Below are positions 51,302 to 61,379 of a DNA stretch of 64,000 nt, piece after piece. Position 1 is the first letter of the stretch, and each line of letters starts with the position of its first letter. The notes beneath the pieces are model-generated. The model was not told the DNA's origin. It was given only the letters and a program-made list of their open reading frames with translations, and did no database searches. The stretch comes from a virus. Lineage: Duplodnaviria; Caudoviricetes. The stretch is taken from positions 288,001 to 352,000 of the IMG/VR virus record IMGVR_UViG_3300035208_004923. The stretch is one strand, 5' to 3'. The position numbers and the translations under genes are program-made.

Positions 51302-52868
51302 TTAGTTAATACTTGTTGTTAATTCAATGCCGTTTTTTGCAGATTTATTGCGAATTGTGATTAAATAATCTTTAGCAATATTATAATCATCAGTTGCTTT
51401 TTTCAATTCGTTTTTGAACCATGCAGAAACATTTGATTTTAATTTTGTTCCTATCGGGACAATATACGTTTTGCCATCAATGATACTTTCAAAATATAAT
51501 TTATGGTCAGCAATGTTTATAAGTTTACCAGGATGCAGAATTATTCGTTTTGATGAATAATAACGAGGTGATAAATAAGTTTCACCAATTATTGGAGTGC
51601 CAGTAATTGATTGATTTGCAACAGGTTCAGCATATGTTGATTCGTATACAGTAACAATGCCTTTTGCAATATTTTCATCTATAAATTTGCAAGTAAAACC
51701 GTTTTCATCAACGAATTCTTTTCCTTTTGCTGAACATTTACGAACATGATATGTTTTAACACCTTTCTCGAAAATGGAATCTCGTATTTTCATTACTTTT
51801 ACGAATTTTGCAAACCTTGATATTTCTGAAATATCAAGGACTTTTCCGATTAAATTTTCACCTGTTTCCATAAATTTGTTTATCAATTAATTAAAATCAA
51901 ATATACAACATTTTTTGTGCAATAGCAATGGTTTTCTTGATTATTTTATAACGAATCAACCAAATTTCTAATGTCTTCTCTATTCTTCATAGATTCGGAC
52001 GGGTAAACTGGCGTAAACAAAATATGTAAAAATTGAATAAGAAGGATTGCAATAAGGCAACAACCGATAAATAAATCTTCCATATTATTTTAGTTTCTAA
52101 GTTTTAACATTTCTCTGCGGTGTGCAACAAATTCAGATGGTTTCATATTGTCACAATCAATATCACCATGGTAATAACTCCAGCATTCAAATGATGGTCG
52201 AATTGTTATGTATTCTTCTAATCCTTCTTTGACAAATTCATCAATTTTTGCTAGCATCAATTCCTCGTTTTTTTCGATTGCACTCGGATTATTTATTATG
52301 TTTATTTTATGGCATTCCCACGTTCCTTTTGAATGTATTAATGAATCAGCATTAATTGTTGGGTCATTTAAATGACTTGGTGCAAGATTTTTACAATCAT
52401 CAATTGCAATCATCCATCTTTGGAATTCAGATATAAGCCATTGAAGTTTTTGGAACTTATCAGAACAAAAAGTATTTGAAATTTCATTAGATAAATCCAT
52501 GAAATTGTCTTTTGAGTTAGGTTTGAATGACATTTCAAAACAAGTCCATAAAGAACCATTCAATAATCTTTTACTTGCATCGTTTTTTATGTAATCTTGT
52601 TTTCGAGTAAGAACTAATGCATTCGGTATTGAGTATTGCAAATCAATTCTGAAGTTTACTTTTGTTTTCATAATTAGCAATTTTGTTTAAAGTTAGACAT
52701 TATAACTGCAATTTCGGATAATGTATTAGATAACTCATTACATGTAAGATACTGATTAGCATCATTTACATATTCTAATTCGATTTCTTCTGCCTTTTCA
52801 ACGTCATTAAATCCACATTTGTTAAGGTCAAAATTAAAATTCCAAATTATATCTTCTGCTGTAATCAT
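51302..52868 (-). other. Hypothetical early CDS 51302-51871, 52090-52671, 52674-52868
   Basis: ORFs behind class 1 promoters. Confidence 0.55.
51891..51930 (-). promoter_or_regulatory. Class 1 early promoter repeat
   Basis: Consensus match. Confidence 0.85.
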
Positions 52869-52888
52869 GTTTTATTTTTATCAATTAA

Positions 52889-52927
52889 TTAAAATCAAAT
52901 ATACAACATTATTTAAGCAATAGCAAT
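52889..52927 (-). promoter_or_regulatory. Class 1 early promoter repeat, back-to-back with a + strand late-type promoter at 52947
   Basis: Consensus match. Confidence 0.85.
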
Positions 52928-52974
52928 TTTTTACGATACTTTTTTATGAATATATAAAATAAATTATTAATATT

Positions 52975-53214
52975 ATGGAAAGAAGAATACCAACAATTGA
53001 AGAATTTTCAGCAAAGCCAGAAGAAACTAATGAAGCTGTTGGAACTGTAGACTTACATTTCAAAGCAAAAATGTTCTGTCAAGAAGTTTTGAAATTAGGA
53101 ACAAAAAATAACTTATTTGATACTTATATGAAAAGTCATCAAATAAATCCAGATGATTTAAGCGATTTCATGGTAGCAGTTATTGAAAACATTCAAACAA
53201 ATTATTTAGTATAA
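52975..53214 (+). CDS. RIPT-leader protein
   Basis: MERRIPTIEEFSAKPEETNEA. Confidence 0.75.
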   Translation: MERRIPTIEEFSAKPEETNEAVGTVDLHFKAKMFCQEVLKLGTKNNLFDTYMKSHQINPDDLSDFMVAVIENIQTNYLV

Positions 53215-53522
53215 TGAAAAAAAGAATACCCACTTTAGATGAACACATTAATGAATCAAAATTGAATGAATTTTGCACTACTACTGTTTATAAATTCTCT
53301 GGCTCTGCTTCTCAATGGAATGAATTGCTTAAACTTTTAGATAAACTTGAGAATAAGAAAGAATTGGCATATGATTCCGAAGATTTACCGTATGGTGCAC
53401 AATCATTTGCAGTATTCGATATTTTGCCAAAAAAACCTGAGACAGTTAATTGTCATATCATAGATTTAGAAACATTAATTCCAAAAGACTTAATGAAATT
53501 TATTTCACCAATATCAAAATAA
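53214..53522 (+). CDS. RIPT-leader protein
   Basis: MKKRIPTLDEHINESKLNE. Confidence 0.75.
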   Translation: MKKRIPTLDEHINESKLNEFCTTTVYKFSGSASQWNELLKLLDKLENKKELAYDSEDLPYGAQSFAVFDILPKKPETVNCHIIDLETLIPKDLMKFISPISK

Positions 53523-53530
53523 TAAGATAA

Positions 53531-54640
53531 ATGAAAAATAGAATACCTACGTTTGATGATTTTTTATTCGAAAGAACACCAGATAAAATTCCACATCCAA
53601 AACATAAATGGTTTGAAGTTAATCCAAAAGATTATGACGATTTGGAAGATGATTTTTATAAATTGATTCAAACTGCATATAAAGATGTTCCTGGCGGTCA
53701 CTTGAAAGTTCAAAAACCAGATGACGTATTTGATGCTGGATGGACTTATTGGGTTGCAATGGATAATGATAATAATCCCGATTTTAATGTTGTGAAAGGT
53801 TATAAAGTAACACCATACGGTTATAAATCAGCAGTTGCAGGTCATGATGTTACAAAGGTATCAAAAACTGATTATCTTACTAAATTTGCTGAAGATATGA
53901 GCAAACCTGGTAAATACGCTGAGGTTTCTGAAAAACTAGCAGAAATTCTTATCAATAAATATCATGTTCATATTGTATCAAATCCCGATGCAATTAAAGC
54001 AGTACTTGGTAAAAGCGATGTTGTGTTTTATGGCAAAAATCCTGAGAATCCTTCAATGCCTGGTGATGGATGGTATACACGAAAAATTGCAGGCGGCGTT
54101 CATGCAAAAATATTAGTAGGAAAACCTATTGTACAGGAATCTGTTACAGAAGGACTTGATAACGGTAAACCTACCGTTTTAGTTCTTCACGGATATGAAT
54201 CATCAGTATATCCTCCAAGATTAAAAGTATTATCTGCAGATTATAATTTATTAACGCCTGAAATGGATTATGACCATAACCAAGGATTGTTTGAAAAAAC
54301 ATACCAAACGTATAAAAATGCAAATATTGATTTAATAGTCGGTTCATCAATGGGCGGATACTTTGGATATTATTTAGCATCATTACTTGATGTTCCTGCT
54401 TTATTATTCAATCCCGCGGTAATCGAAACAACATCAGGCATCAAAAAACAAGAAGTTCGAAAAGGCAAATATAATCCTGCAATTTATGTTGTTTCAGGCA
54501 AAGATGATGATATCGTTATTTCATGGAAACTTAAACAATGGTTTAAGGAAAACGCAAGAAACTATGAATTTATTACTGAAAACATGGGACATCGCCCTTC
54601 CGATGAAACTTATATAAAATATGTTAAAAAATATGTATAA
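53531..54640 (+). CDS. RIPT-leader protein: unknown N-domain plus YqiA-like alpha/beta hydrolase
   Basis: MKNRIPTFDDFLFER; VLHGYES, IVGSSMGG, LFNPA, GKDDDIV, MGH. Confidence 0.8.
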   Translation: MKNRIPTFDDFLFERTPDKIPHPKHKWFEVNPKDYDDLEDDFYKLIQTAYKDVPGGHLKVQKPDDVFDAGWTYWVAMDNDNNPDFNVVKGYKVTPYGYKSAVAGHDVTKVSKTDYLTKFAEDMSKPGKYAEVSEKLAEILINKYHVHIVSNPDAIKAVLGKSDVVFYGKNPENPSMPGDGWYTRKIAGGVHAKILVGKPIVQESVTEGLDNGKPTVLVLHGYESSVYPPRLKVLSADYNLLTPEMDYDHNQGLFEKTYQTYKNANIDLIVGSSMGGYFGYYLASLLDVPALLFNPAVIETTSGIKKQEVRKGKYNPAIYVVSGKDDDIVISWKLKQWFKENARNYEFITENMGHRPSDETYIKYVKKYV

Positions 54641-54992
54641 AAGAATACCAACATTTGATGAACATGTAAATGAAGGCACATGGAATAATGAAAAATATGG
54701 TTTCAGAATATCGAAATTTTTAGAACAGCATACAGGTAAAAACCTAACAGGCGAAATGAAAGTTCAAATTATTTTTAACGATTTTTTCAAAGCAAGTACT
54801 TATGAATATGCTAATAATTTATTATTGTGTTCAAGAATCGAAGGTTACATTAAATCGTATAAAATTCTTGAACATGATAGATTGATAGGCAGTTACAGAA
54901 ATATATTTATTGTAGATGTTGATGTAATTAAATGGTACGAATTTTTACGCAAACTAGATGATGGTCATTTAGATAACTTTAAAATATTATAA
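54633..54992 (+). CDS. RIPT-leader protein
   Basis: MYKRIPTFDEHVNEG; start moved to 54633. Confidence 0.75.
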   Translation: MYKRIPTFDEHVNEGTWNNEKYGFRISKFLEQHTGKNLTGEMKVQIIFNDFFKASTYEYANNLLLCSRIEGYIKSYKILEHDRLIGSYRNIFIVDVDVIKWYEFLRKLDDGHLDNFKIL

Positions 54993-54995
54993 GAA

Positions 54996-55268
54996 ATGAA
55001 AAAGAGAATACCAACATTTGATGAACATGTAAACGAAGGCATATTGCAAAGTTTTATTGATTTGTTCAAGAAAAAACCTGATGTAAGTACATGGACGCCA
55101 CCAGAATTTAAAATTGAAGCAACATTAAAAAAGATTTTAACTGACGATGGCTGGACAAACTTAGGACGTGATGAAGAAGGCCGACTAATCGGAAACAATA
55201 CAAAGTACGGCGGTAATGGATTAGATGTTATCGAAACAATGCGTGATGAAAAAAAATTAAACTTCTAA
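54996..55268 (+). CDS. RIPT-leader protein
   Basis: MKKRIPTFDEHVNEG. Confidence 0.75.
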   Translation: MKKRIPTFDEHVNEGILQSFIDLFKKKPDVSTWTPPEFKIEATLKKILTDDGWTNLGRDEEGRLIGNNTKYGGNGLDVIETMRDEKKLNF

Positions 55269-55269
55269 T

Positions 55270-56043
55270 ATGAAAACCAGAATTCCATCTTTTGATGATT
55301 TCTTATTTGAATCTAATGATAGAATCATTACATTATATCATGGGACGGCTTCTGGGAAATTATCATCTATAAAGCTTAACGGACTTGATACTAATGCAGA
55401 AACAAATCAAAAAACGCATGGCTTTAATACAAGTAATCAAATTTCATTAAGCTTTAATTATTCTGATGCATATTATTATGGTTCATTATTTGTTAAAACA
55501 AACGAACCAGTTACTGTTTTGATAATTAAACTTCCGTATTCGTATATAGCAGGAAAAGGGCTTTCGTTAAACGAAGTTCTTGTTAAACAAAATATATCAT
55601 CAAAATACATAATAGGTGCATATAAAGACAAAGATATCGTAAAATTAGATAAATTGTCAACAAATGAAACATATGTAAATCCTGATATGCTATCAACAAG
55701 TGATTTGCAACATTATAAGTCGCATTATAAAATTAACGAATCAATTGATGCCTTAGAAAAGATGGGGATCCAAGCAGATCCTGACAAACCTTCAATATTC
55801 TTATATACGATATATCGTACGCCAAGTTCCGATGAAATTAAGGAATTTGAAAATTATCCGCAACTTACAGCTGATGAAATATTGAACGGTTTTTGTTATA
55901 CATGCATTGGCAGAGGAATTACGTCAAGTAGAAATATTGCATTAATAAAAGATAGCATAAATATGCTTATTGCTGCATACCCAGATGATCCTCGATATAC
56001 TGAAGCATTAAGAATAAGCGATGAATTAAAACCTAAATTTTAA
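55270..56043 (+). CDS. RIPT-leader protein with H-Y-E type ADP-ribosyltransferase-like domain
   Basis: MKTRIPSFDDFLFES; TLYHGT....SI..NGL, ISLS.....A.YY, NEVLV...I...YI. Confidence 0.7.
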   Translation: MKTRIPSFDDFLFESNDRIITLYHGTASGKLSSIKLNGLDTNAETNQKTHGFNTSNQISLSFNYSDAYYYGSLFVKTNEPVTVLIIKLPYSYIAGKGLSLNEVLVKQNISSKYIIGAYKDKDIVKLDKLSTNETYVNPDMLSTSDLQHYKSHYKINESIDALEKMGIQADPDKPSIFLYTIYRTPSSDEIKEFENYPQLTADEILNGFCYTCIGRGITSSRNIALIKDSINMLIAAYPDDPRYTEALRISDELKPKF

Positions 56044-56246
56044 AACATTACTTCATAAATTGTTTTACCTTTTTCTGTAATTTCCCATTCGTTTTTCTCA
56101 TTGCATACAGCAAGTCCTAAATGAACCATTTTTTGCAATGCTAAAATTATATCTTCTTCAGAAATATTTTCAATAATCGGAAGCTCATGAAAGATTTTTT
56201 CTTTTATGAGCTTCGTGTATATTATGCTTACTTGTTTATCATTCAT
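56040..56246 (-). CDS. Small winged-helix-like protein
   Basis: LQKMVHLGLA...WEITEKGK. Confidence 0.55.
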   Translation of the reverse strand: MNDKQVSIIYTKLIKEKIFHELPIIENISEEDIILALQKMVHLGLAVCNEKNEWEITEKGKTIYEVMF

Positions 56247-57010
56247 ATTAATTGTCCTTTCTTATTAAATACCATGTATCTAAATTTTATGCCCGATTTT
56301 AGTACAGCAGCCATTTTTAACGCATTTATATCTTCATTTTTTTGAAATGTCCATTCTGATTTAACTTCAATTATAGTATGCAAAGACTTGATATAAATAT
56401 CTGGCACATATAAATGCTTTTTTTCATTACACACATAAAAAATATTGCCAAGTTCTTTGCGTATAGCTTTTCCTCCTATTATTATATCTTCTTCATTATA
56501 AGATAACAGCAATAATAAAATTGCTTTATTTTCGTATCCTTGCGTTTTCACAACAGCGCCTGACGGCAATATGAATTTATGCCATTTATATCGACCTCCG
56601 TAATTCAAAGCATCTGCCCTTTTTATTTTGTTCTCCTCTATACTATTGTATAATAATAATTTTTGTGATAAATTCTCTCGCCATTTTGCGTTATGTGATA
56701 CAGCTTTCATAGATTCTGAAACGCGTGCACGAAGTTCATGAGTCCATCTATTTGGATCCTTAAGATGTATTTCCATTTTTTCTTTGTACATTGGATCTTC
56801 ATATTTTTTTTTCATACTGCAATTTCGCGAACACGCAACTCTCCTATATGGCGTAAACATTTTACCGCATATCGGGCAAGCAATATCTTGCAATTTATTT
56901 TTTTGTATTCTTGCTTTGCCAATGCAAGAACGGGAACAAAATTGTGCACTTTTTTTATTTGTTTTGAATTCTTTGTTACATACCGAACAATTTTTAATAT
57001 ATGTTGTCAT
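56243..57010 (-). CDS. Putative homing endonuclease (Zn ribbons plus PD-(D/E)xK domain)
   Basis: CSVC..FCSRSC, CPIC..CSRNC; YVPDIYI...IIEVKS; late-type promoter. Confidence 0.75.
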   Translation of the reverse strand: MTTYIKNCSVCNKEFKTNKKSAQFCSRSCIGKARIQKNKLQDIACPICGKMFTPYRRVACSRNCSMKKKYEDPMYKEKMEIHLKDPNRWTHELRARVSESMKAVSHNAKWRENLSQKLLLYNSIEENKIKRADALNYGGRYKWHKFILPSGAVVKTQGYENKAILLLLLSYNEEDIIIGGKAIRKELGNIFYVCNEKKHLYVPDIYIKSLHTIIEVKSEWTFQKNEDINALKMAAVLKSGIKFRYMVFNKKGQLI

Positions 57011-57058
57011 GATTTTTATTTATATATTAAAAGATACGCATTGTTATTTTGAAGTTAT

Positions 57059-58795
57059 TTAAAATCTTACATATACACATCTATCTAAAAAATCTTGAGG
57101 AAACATATGTCTATTCTGCGTAATTAGCCTGAAAAAATCGCTATCTAGAATATACGTTGTTGCGTAATCGTTTTCATTCCTAACTGAACGACCAACACCC
57201 TGTAAGACCGACAGTATTGTAATCCATGCGTACCAATCTTTATCTGTCTTCATTTTCGCATTTACGAATTTGTCCATGAGCGATGGGTAAGGAACTTTTG
57301 CAAATATTTGAAACCGGGACTTATCATTTCCTAAATCTAATCCTTCTAATAGACTGGGACCCATTAGAACTTTATTGTTTGCACTGCTAAAATCAAATAA
57401 AACATTTTTTTTATCTGAACTATTTATGTATGAAATAATTCTATCACTTTTTATGTTTTCATTCAAGTATACACTATTTGTGTAACTTCCGGTGTGAATG
57501 ATTCCATTCTCATTTTTGTGTTTTTCTAAAATTTCTGTTATTTTATTTGCAATTTTTGGCAAAGCAACTTCTTTATTTTTAAACGACATGCTTACACCTT
57601 GATAAATTAATATTGGCGAACGGTCAAAATTGAATGTACTAGGTATTTTTCTATACTTTGCATTGTTTGCATTTATACTTTTTGCAAACAGCGTAGGTTC
57701 ACCCATCGTTGCTGTCATCATGACAGCAAAGTTATTTTTGTCATGAAAATGTTTTTTCATGAGGTATTTTTCATTGATGCAATTAAACTGTATATTTGCA
57801 CCGTTTTGGTTTTTAATCATTGCTCTAATATCAGTTGACGCAATAATTTGATTATAATCTTCAAATTTACAATGTAGATCTTTGCATTCATCGCACAAGT
57901 TTAATCCTTTTCTCCATTCTGCTGGAACTGATTTGCCAGCATATTTTCTTCCTACGAATTTTTTTATTTCATCGGCGTGTTGAACAAACGAATGAAGCAT
58001 TTTCTCAAACATTCTGTTATGAATAAACAATTTTGCATTATCGTCTTCAGCAACAATTTTATTTATGATTTCTTTCAATTCATATCCGCTATACGGAACT
58101 GCCATTGAATGTTCAGCAAGGAATCCTCGTAAACGTTCAAGCATAGGATATGTATTATCATTTACAATAGGACTAAAGTGTTTTTGTACAATGTTAACAA
58201 CTTTATGCGCCTCATCGCATATAATAAAATCACGTTCATCAAATAACGCATGAGACGAATCCGTCATTTTTTCCAATACGTAATTCATTTGTATCAAATA
58301 ATACGAATAGTTGAATATTGATGTTGGAGTAAAACTTGCGTAATCTCTTGCAAAATAATAAGGGCAGTCCTTATAACATGGTAGTTGTTTTGTTGCATTT
58401 GAATTTAAGTGCTTCATTTTACATTCACCAAGACTATGTTTTTCTTGGTTTTCTGTACAAAGATAATTATCAACACCTTTTACACTTCCAAATCCTAAAT
58501 GCAATTTCAATACGTCTTGTTCGTATTGGTCTTGTAATGCAAGATCTGATGATAGAATATATCCTTTTTTGCCGAATCTGTTTAATACATATGAGGAGCA
58601 TAATGCAATTAATGATTTACCGCTACCTGTTGGTGCGTCGATAAGATATATCTTTTTTTCTTCACCCATGCATGTTGCAACAACATCAATAATTGCTTCT
58701 TTTTGACCTGTCCTGAACTCGAAATTTGTCCACCCATGATTTTTAACGAACATGTCAATATATTCGTTTATTTTATCTTCAAGTTCTTGATTCAT
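57059..58795 (-). CDS. DinG/Rad3-like SF2 helicase
   Basis: FR.GQ, DAPTGSGKS, ICDEAH, MTAT, EGLD, KVPYP, QGVGRSVR..D. Confidence 0.9.
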   Translation of the reverse strand: MNQELEDKINEYIDMFVKNHGWTNFEFRTGQKEAIIDVVATCMGEEKKIYLIDAPTGSGKSLIALCSSYVLNRFGKKGYILSSDLALQDQYEQDVLKLHLGFGSVKGVDNYLCTENQEKHSLGECKMKHLNSNATKQLPCYKDCPYYFARDYASFTPTSIFNYSYYLIQMNYVLEKMTDSSHALFDERDFIICDEAHKVVNIVQKHFSPIVNDNTYPMLERLRGFLAEHSMAVPYSGYELKEIINKIVAEDDNAKLFIHNRMFEKMLHSFVQHADEIKKFVGRKYAGKSVPAEWRKGLNLCDECKDLHCKFEDYNQIIASTDIRAMIKNQNGANIQFNCINEKYLMKKHFHDKNNFAVMMTATMGEPTLFAKSINANNAKYRKIPSTFNFDRSPILIYQGVSMSFKNKEVALPKIANKITEILEKHKNENGIIHTGSYTNSVYLNENIKSDRIISYINSSDKKNVLFDFSSANNKVLMGPSLLEGLDLGNDKSRFQIFAKVPYPSLMDKFVNAKMKTDKDWYAWITILSVLQGVGRSVRNENDYATTYILDSDFFRLITQNRHMFPQDFLDRCVYVRF

Positions 58796-58855
58796 TATTT
58801 ATCTAATCTTTTTATGTAATATATAATTATATACATAAAGTAAAAAAAGTTTATC

Positions 58856-59296
58856 ATGAATCAACGAATACCTACGTTTGACAATTTCCTGTTTGAAGCA
58901 GGAATAAAATATGAACCTGGTTCGATTAGCGAACTATTAGCAGGACTGCGCGGTAACCAAGAGTTTTATGATTTTTGCAAAAAACATGGACATCCAAATC
59001 CACAAGCCTGGAATCCTATGGAATTTACGATGAGTTCTTGTACATTCGTTGCAAAATTTTTAGAGGAAAAAGGATTTGGTAAAGCATTATCAAGTCACGG
59101 TCCATACGGCATGGCACCACATGCTTTTGTTTTGTATAACGGATTATATTATGATTATGAAGCAAGAGAAGGCGTTAAGAATGTTTATGACTTGCCAAAC
59201 TTTCAAGATTTACGATACAATGTTAAAAAAGGTGATTCCTGGCCAAATTACAAAAAAGAAATAGTCAAAAACGTACAAAATTTTAATTTTCAATAA
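58856..59296 (+). CDS. RIPT-leader protein with possible Cys-His-Asp (papain/transglutaminase-like) triad
   Basis: MNQRIPTFDNFLFEA; SSCTFVA...PHAFVLYNGLYYD. Confidence 0.65.
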   Translation: MNQRIPTFDNFLFEAGIKYEPGSISELLAGLRGNQEFYDFCKKHGHPNPQAWNPMEFTMSSCTFVAKFLEEKGFGKALSSHGPYGMAPHAFVLYNGLYYDYEAREGVKNVYDLPNFQDLRYNVKKGDSWPNYKKEIVKNVQNFNFQ

Positions 59297-60210
59297 TGAA
59301 GCTACGAATACCAAATTTTGATGATTTTATATTTGAATCTAATTATGAATGGATTCCAATGACCGTTGCATCTGCTAAAATTGTTGCTGATGGCATGATA
59401 AAATTGTTTGCGCCAAATAGTGATGAAATTGCAAAAAACAAAAAAATTGCCGAACTTGTATTAGCTGCGCTAGAAAAGCATATTGAACGTATGAAGTATT
59501 TCGATAAATTTCCCGACTTCAAGAAATTGATTGAGGATAACGTAAAACATATAATTGCAAATGATAAACGTCATGGCATCGAACCTGAAGACCCAAACAT
59601 GGTTAAGGCATATGCAATGGAATATGCAATGGAAACAATTTACGAAAGAACAAAGGGCCAAGAATCACAAGAAGAAAAAGACAAGAAAACACAAGTTACA
59701 TTTTTCAATAAAGTTTTTAATGAAGGCGCGGCATTACGCACAAAAGCAATTACAAATGCTGGTTTGAAATTTTACAAACAGAACTTGTTTGCATTTGAGG
59801 AAATAAACAGAAAATTACGAACAGATCATTCAAAAATGAGTGAGCATGATTGGTCAGTTGCAACTGATGTAGGAAATGCAATTGACTTATTTAAAACATC
59901 AAAAGAAGTAACGGTTTTCCGTATTATTGATTCTGAAGATTTTCCATTTTCATTAAGCAAAGGAAAAAAGTTTACAGAAAAAGGAATACTGTCAACATCA
60001 TTTGACATTAATTATCTTTTAGAAAACAAAGAAAATTTTGAATCACCAGTTATATTGCAAATAGTAGTTCCGTCTGGCACTACATATTACAGATTTCCGA
60101 ATGATTTTGAATCAGAAGTAGTTTTTGATTGTGATCATGAGATTATAATAACTGATAATTCATACGAATATTTAGACACACCAATCATAAAATGCAAAAT
60201 TATAAAGTAA
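59296..60210 (+). CDS. RIPT-leader protein with R-S-E ADP-ribosyltransferase (Alt/VIP2-like) domain
   Basis: MKLRIPNFDDFIFES; Y...F.EIN.KLR, VTVFR, GILSTS, FESEVVF. Confidence 0.85.
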   Translation: MKLRIPNFDDFIFESNYEWIPMTVASAKIVADGMIKLFAPNSDEIAKNKKIAELVLAALEKHIERMKYFDKFPDFKKLIEDNVKHIIANDKRHGIEPEDPNMVKAYAMEYAMETIYERTKGQESQEEKDKKTQVTFFNKVFNEGAALRTKAITNAGLKFYKQNLFAFEEINRKLRTDHSKMSEHDWSVATDVGNAIDLFKTSKEVTVFRIIDSEDFPFSLSKGKKFTEKGILSTSFDINYLLENKENFESPVILQIVVPSGTTYYRFPNDFESEVVFDCDHEIIITDNSYEYLDTPIIKCKIIK

Positions 60211-60212
60211 CA

Positions 60213-60587
60213 ATGAATCAACGAATACCAAATTTTGATGATTTTGTTAATGAAGCAAAATCTGTTCCTAGAGAAAATACAGAACGTGAAACTGTATTAG
60301 ATTACATTATCAAAAACAAACAAGTCCGTTTAGAAAAGCTCAAGGAAATTAAAGCGCCTGAAATTATCATCACAGGAACTGAGAACCAAATACATTTATT
60401 AAAATCAGGTCAATCAAAAATTAAAGGACTTGACATTTACGGTTCTAATATTTATAAAACGTTGGAATGGAGAAAAGGCAATGGTGGAGTTGATTTCATA
60501 CAATTTGTAATGAATGATGATTCAGTTATAAATTATTTTCCAAATGCAAAATACGGAGCATTTTTCGCACCTAATACTAAAAAATAA
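60213..60587 (+). CDS. RIPT-leader protein
   Basis: MNQRIPNFDDFVNEA; start moved to 60213. Confidence 0.75.
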   Translation: MNQRIPNFDDFVNEAKSVPRENTERETVLDYIIKNKQVRLEKLKEIKAPEIIITGTENQIHLLKSGQSKIKGLDIYGSNIYKTLEWRKGNGGVDFIQFVMNDDSVINYFPNAKYGAFFAPNTKK

Positions 60588-60907
60588 TGGAAAGCTTATA
60601 TATCATAACAGACGGAGAAAAATACAAAATAGGTTATAGCAAAGACGTGGCTAATCGTAAGAGACAACTACAGACAGCAAACGGATCTTTACTGGATATT
60701 GTATTTGAATTTGAAACGGTTCATGGAATGAAATTAGAAAGATCCATTCAACGGTCAATGAAACATAAAAACATTATCGGCGAATGGTTTGATTTAGAAA
60801 AAGAAGATATTGCAAAAATAAAAGAACTTTGTATTTTGCAAGAAAAAAACTTTAACATCATAAAGAAAAATGAAACAGAGAATTCCTACGTTAGAGGACT
60901 TTATTAA
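60587..60907 (+). CDS. T5orf172/MUG113-type GIY-YIG protein (no leader)
   Basis: LYII...YKIGYS....R..QLQTAN...LE......GEWF. Confidence 0.8.
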   Translation: MESLYIITDGEKYKIGYSKDVANRKRQLQTANGSLLDIVFEFETVHGMKLERSIQRSMKHKNIIGEWFDLEKEDIAKIKELCILQEKNFNIIKKNETENSYVRGLY

Positions 60908-61325
60908 TGAATCGTCGAATGAAATTTTCACTAGTTCTGACATTATAGATTTGCAAAAAAATGGTGCAAGACCAGACGACACTTGGCAATCAATAAAATC
61001 ATCGGCAAAATTTCAAAAAATAGATAATGTTAGTATTTCAAAAATTAATTGGTCAGAAAAAAATGTTGATATTTTAAAGAAACAAGAACGCAGATTAAAC
61101 CGATTATTCGATGAAGATGATGGCACACAATACTATAAAGATGCCATTAAAAGAGAACAGTCAGAATTACAGCATATACAAAATCTTATTCAAATGGTAA
61201 AAAGCAATAAAAAATTAAATCCGATTGTTGTAGATTCAAATTATAGATTGCTTGATGGTTTTCATAGAATAGGTGCATATCAAATTGCAGGTAAAAAAAC
61301 TATTGACATATTTAAAGAAATTTGA
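60870..61325 (+). CDS. RIPT-leader protein with ParB/Srx-like domain
   Basis: MKQRIPTLEDFINES; NPIVVDSNYRLLDGFHRIGA. Confidence 0.8.
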   Translation: MKQRIPTLEDFINESSNEIFTSSDIIDLQKNGARPDDTWQSIKSSAKFQKIDNVSISKINWSEKNVDILKKQERRLNRLFDEDDGTQYYKDAIKREQSELQHIQNLIQMVKSNKKLNPIVVDSNYRLLDGFHRIGAYQIAGKKTIDIFKEI

Positions 61326-61379
61326 TAATTTTTAAATTTATACTGCATGTGCCATTACAAAGAAAAATATACATACACA

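Noticed and set aside
520-52927. 41-bp repeat as a CRISPR array or integron attC sites
   Set aside because: Copies are 0.6-14 kb apart, non-palindromic, always just upstream of start codons and contain a Bacteroidota -7 box; no cas or integrase gene is in the window.
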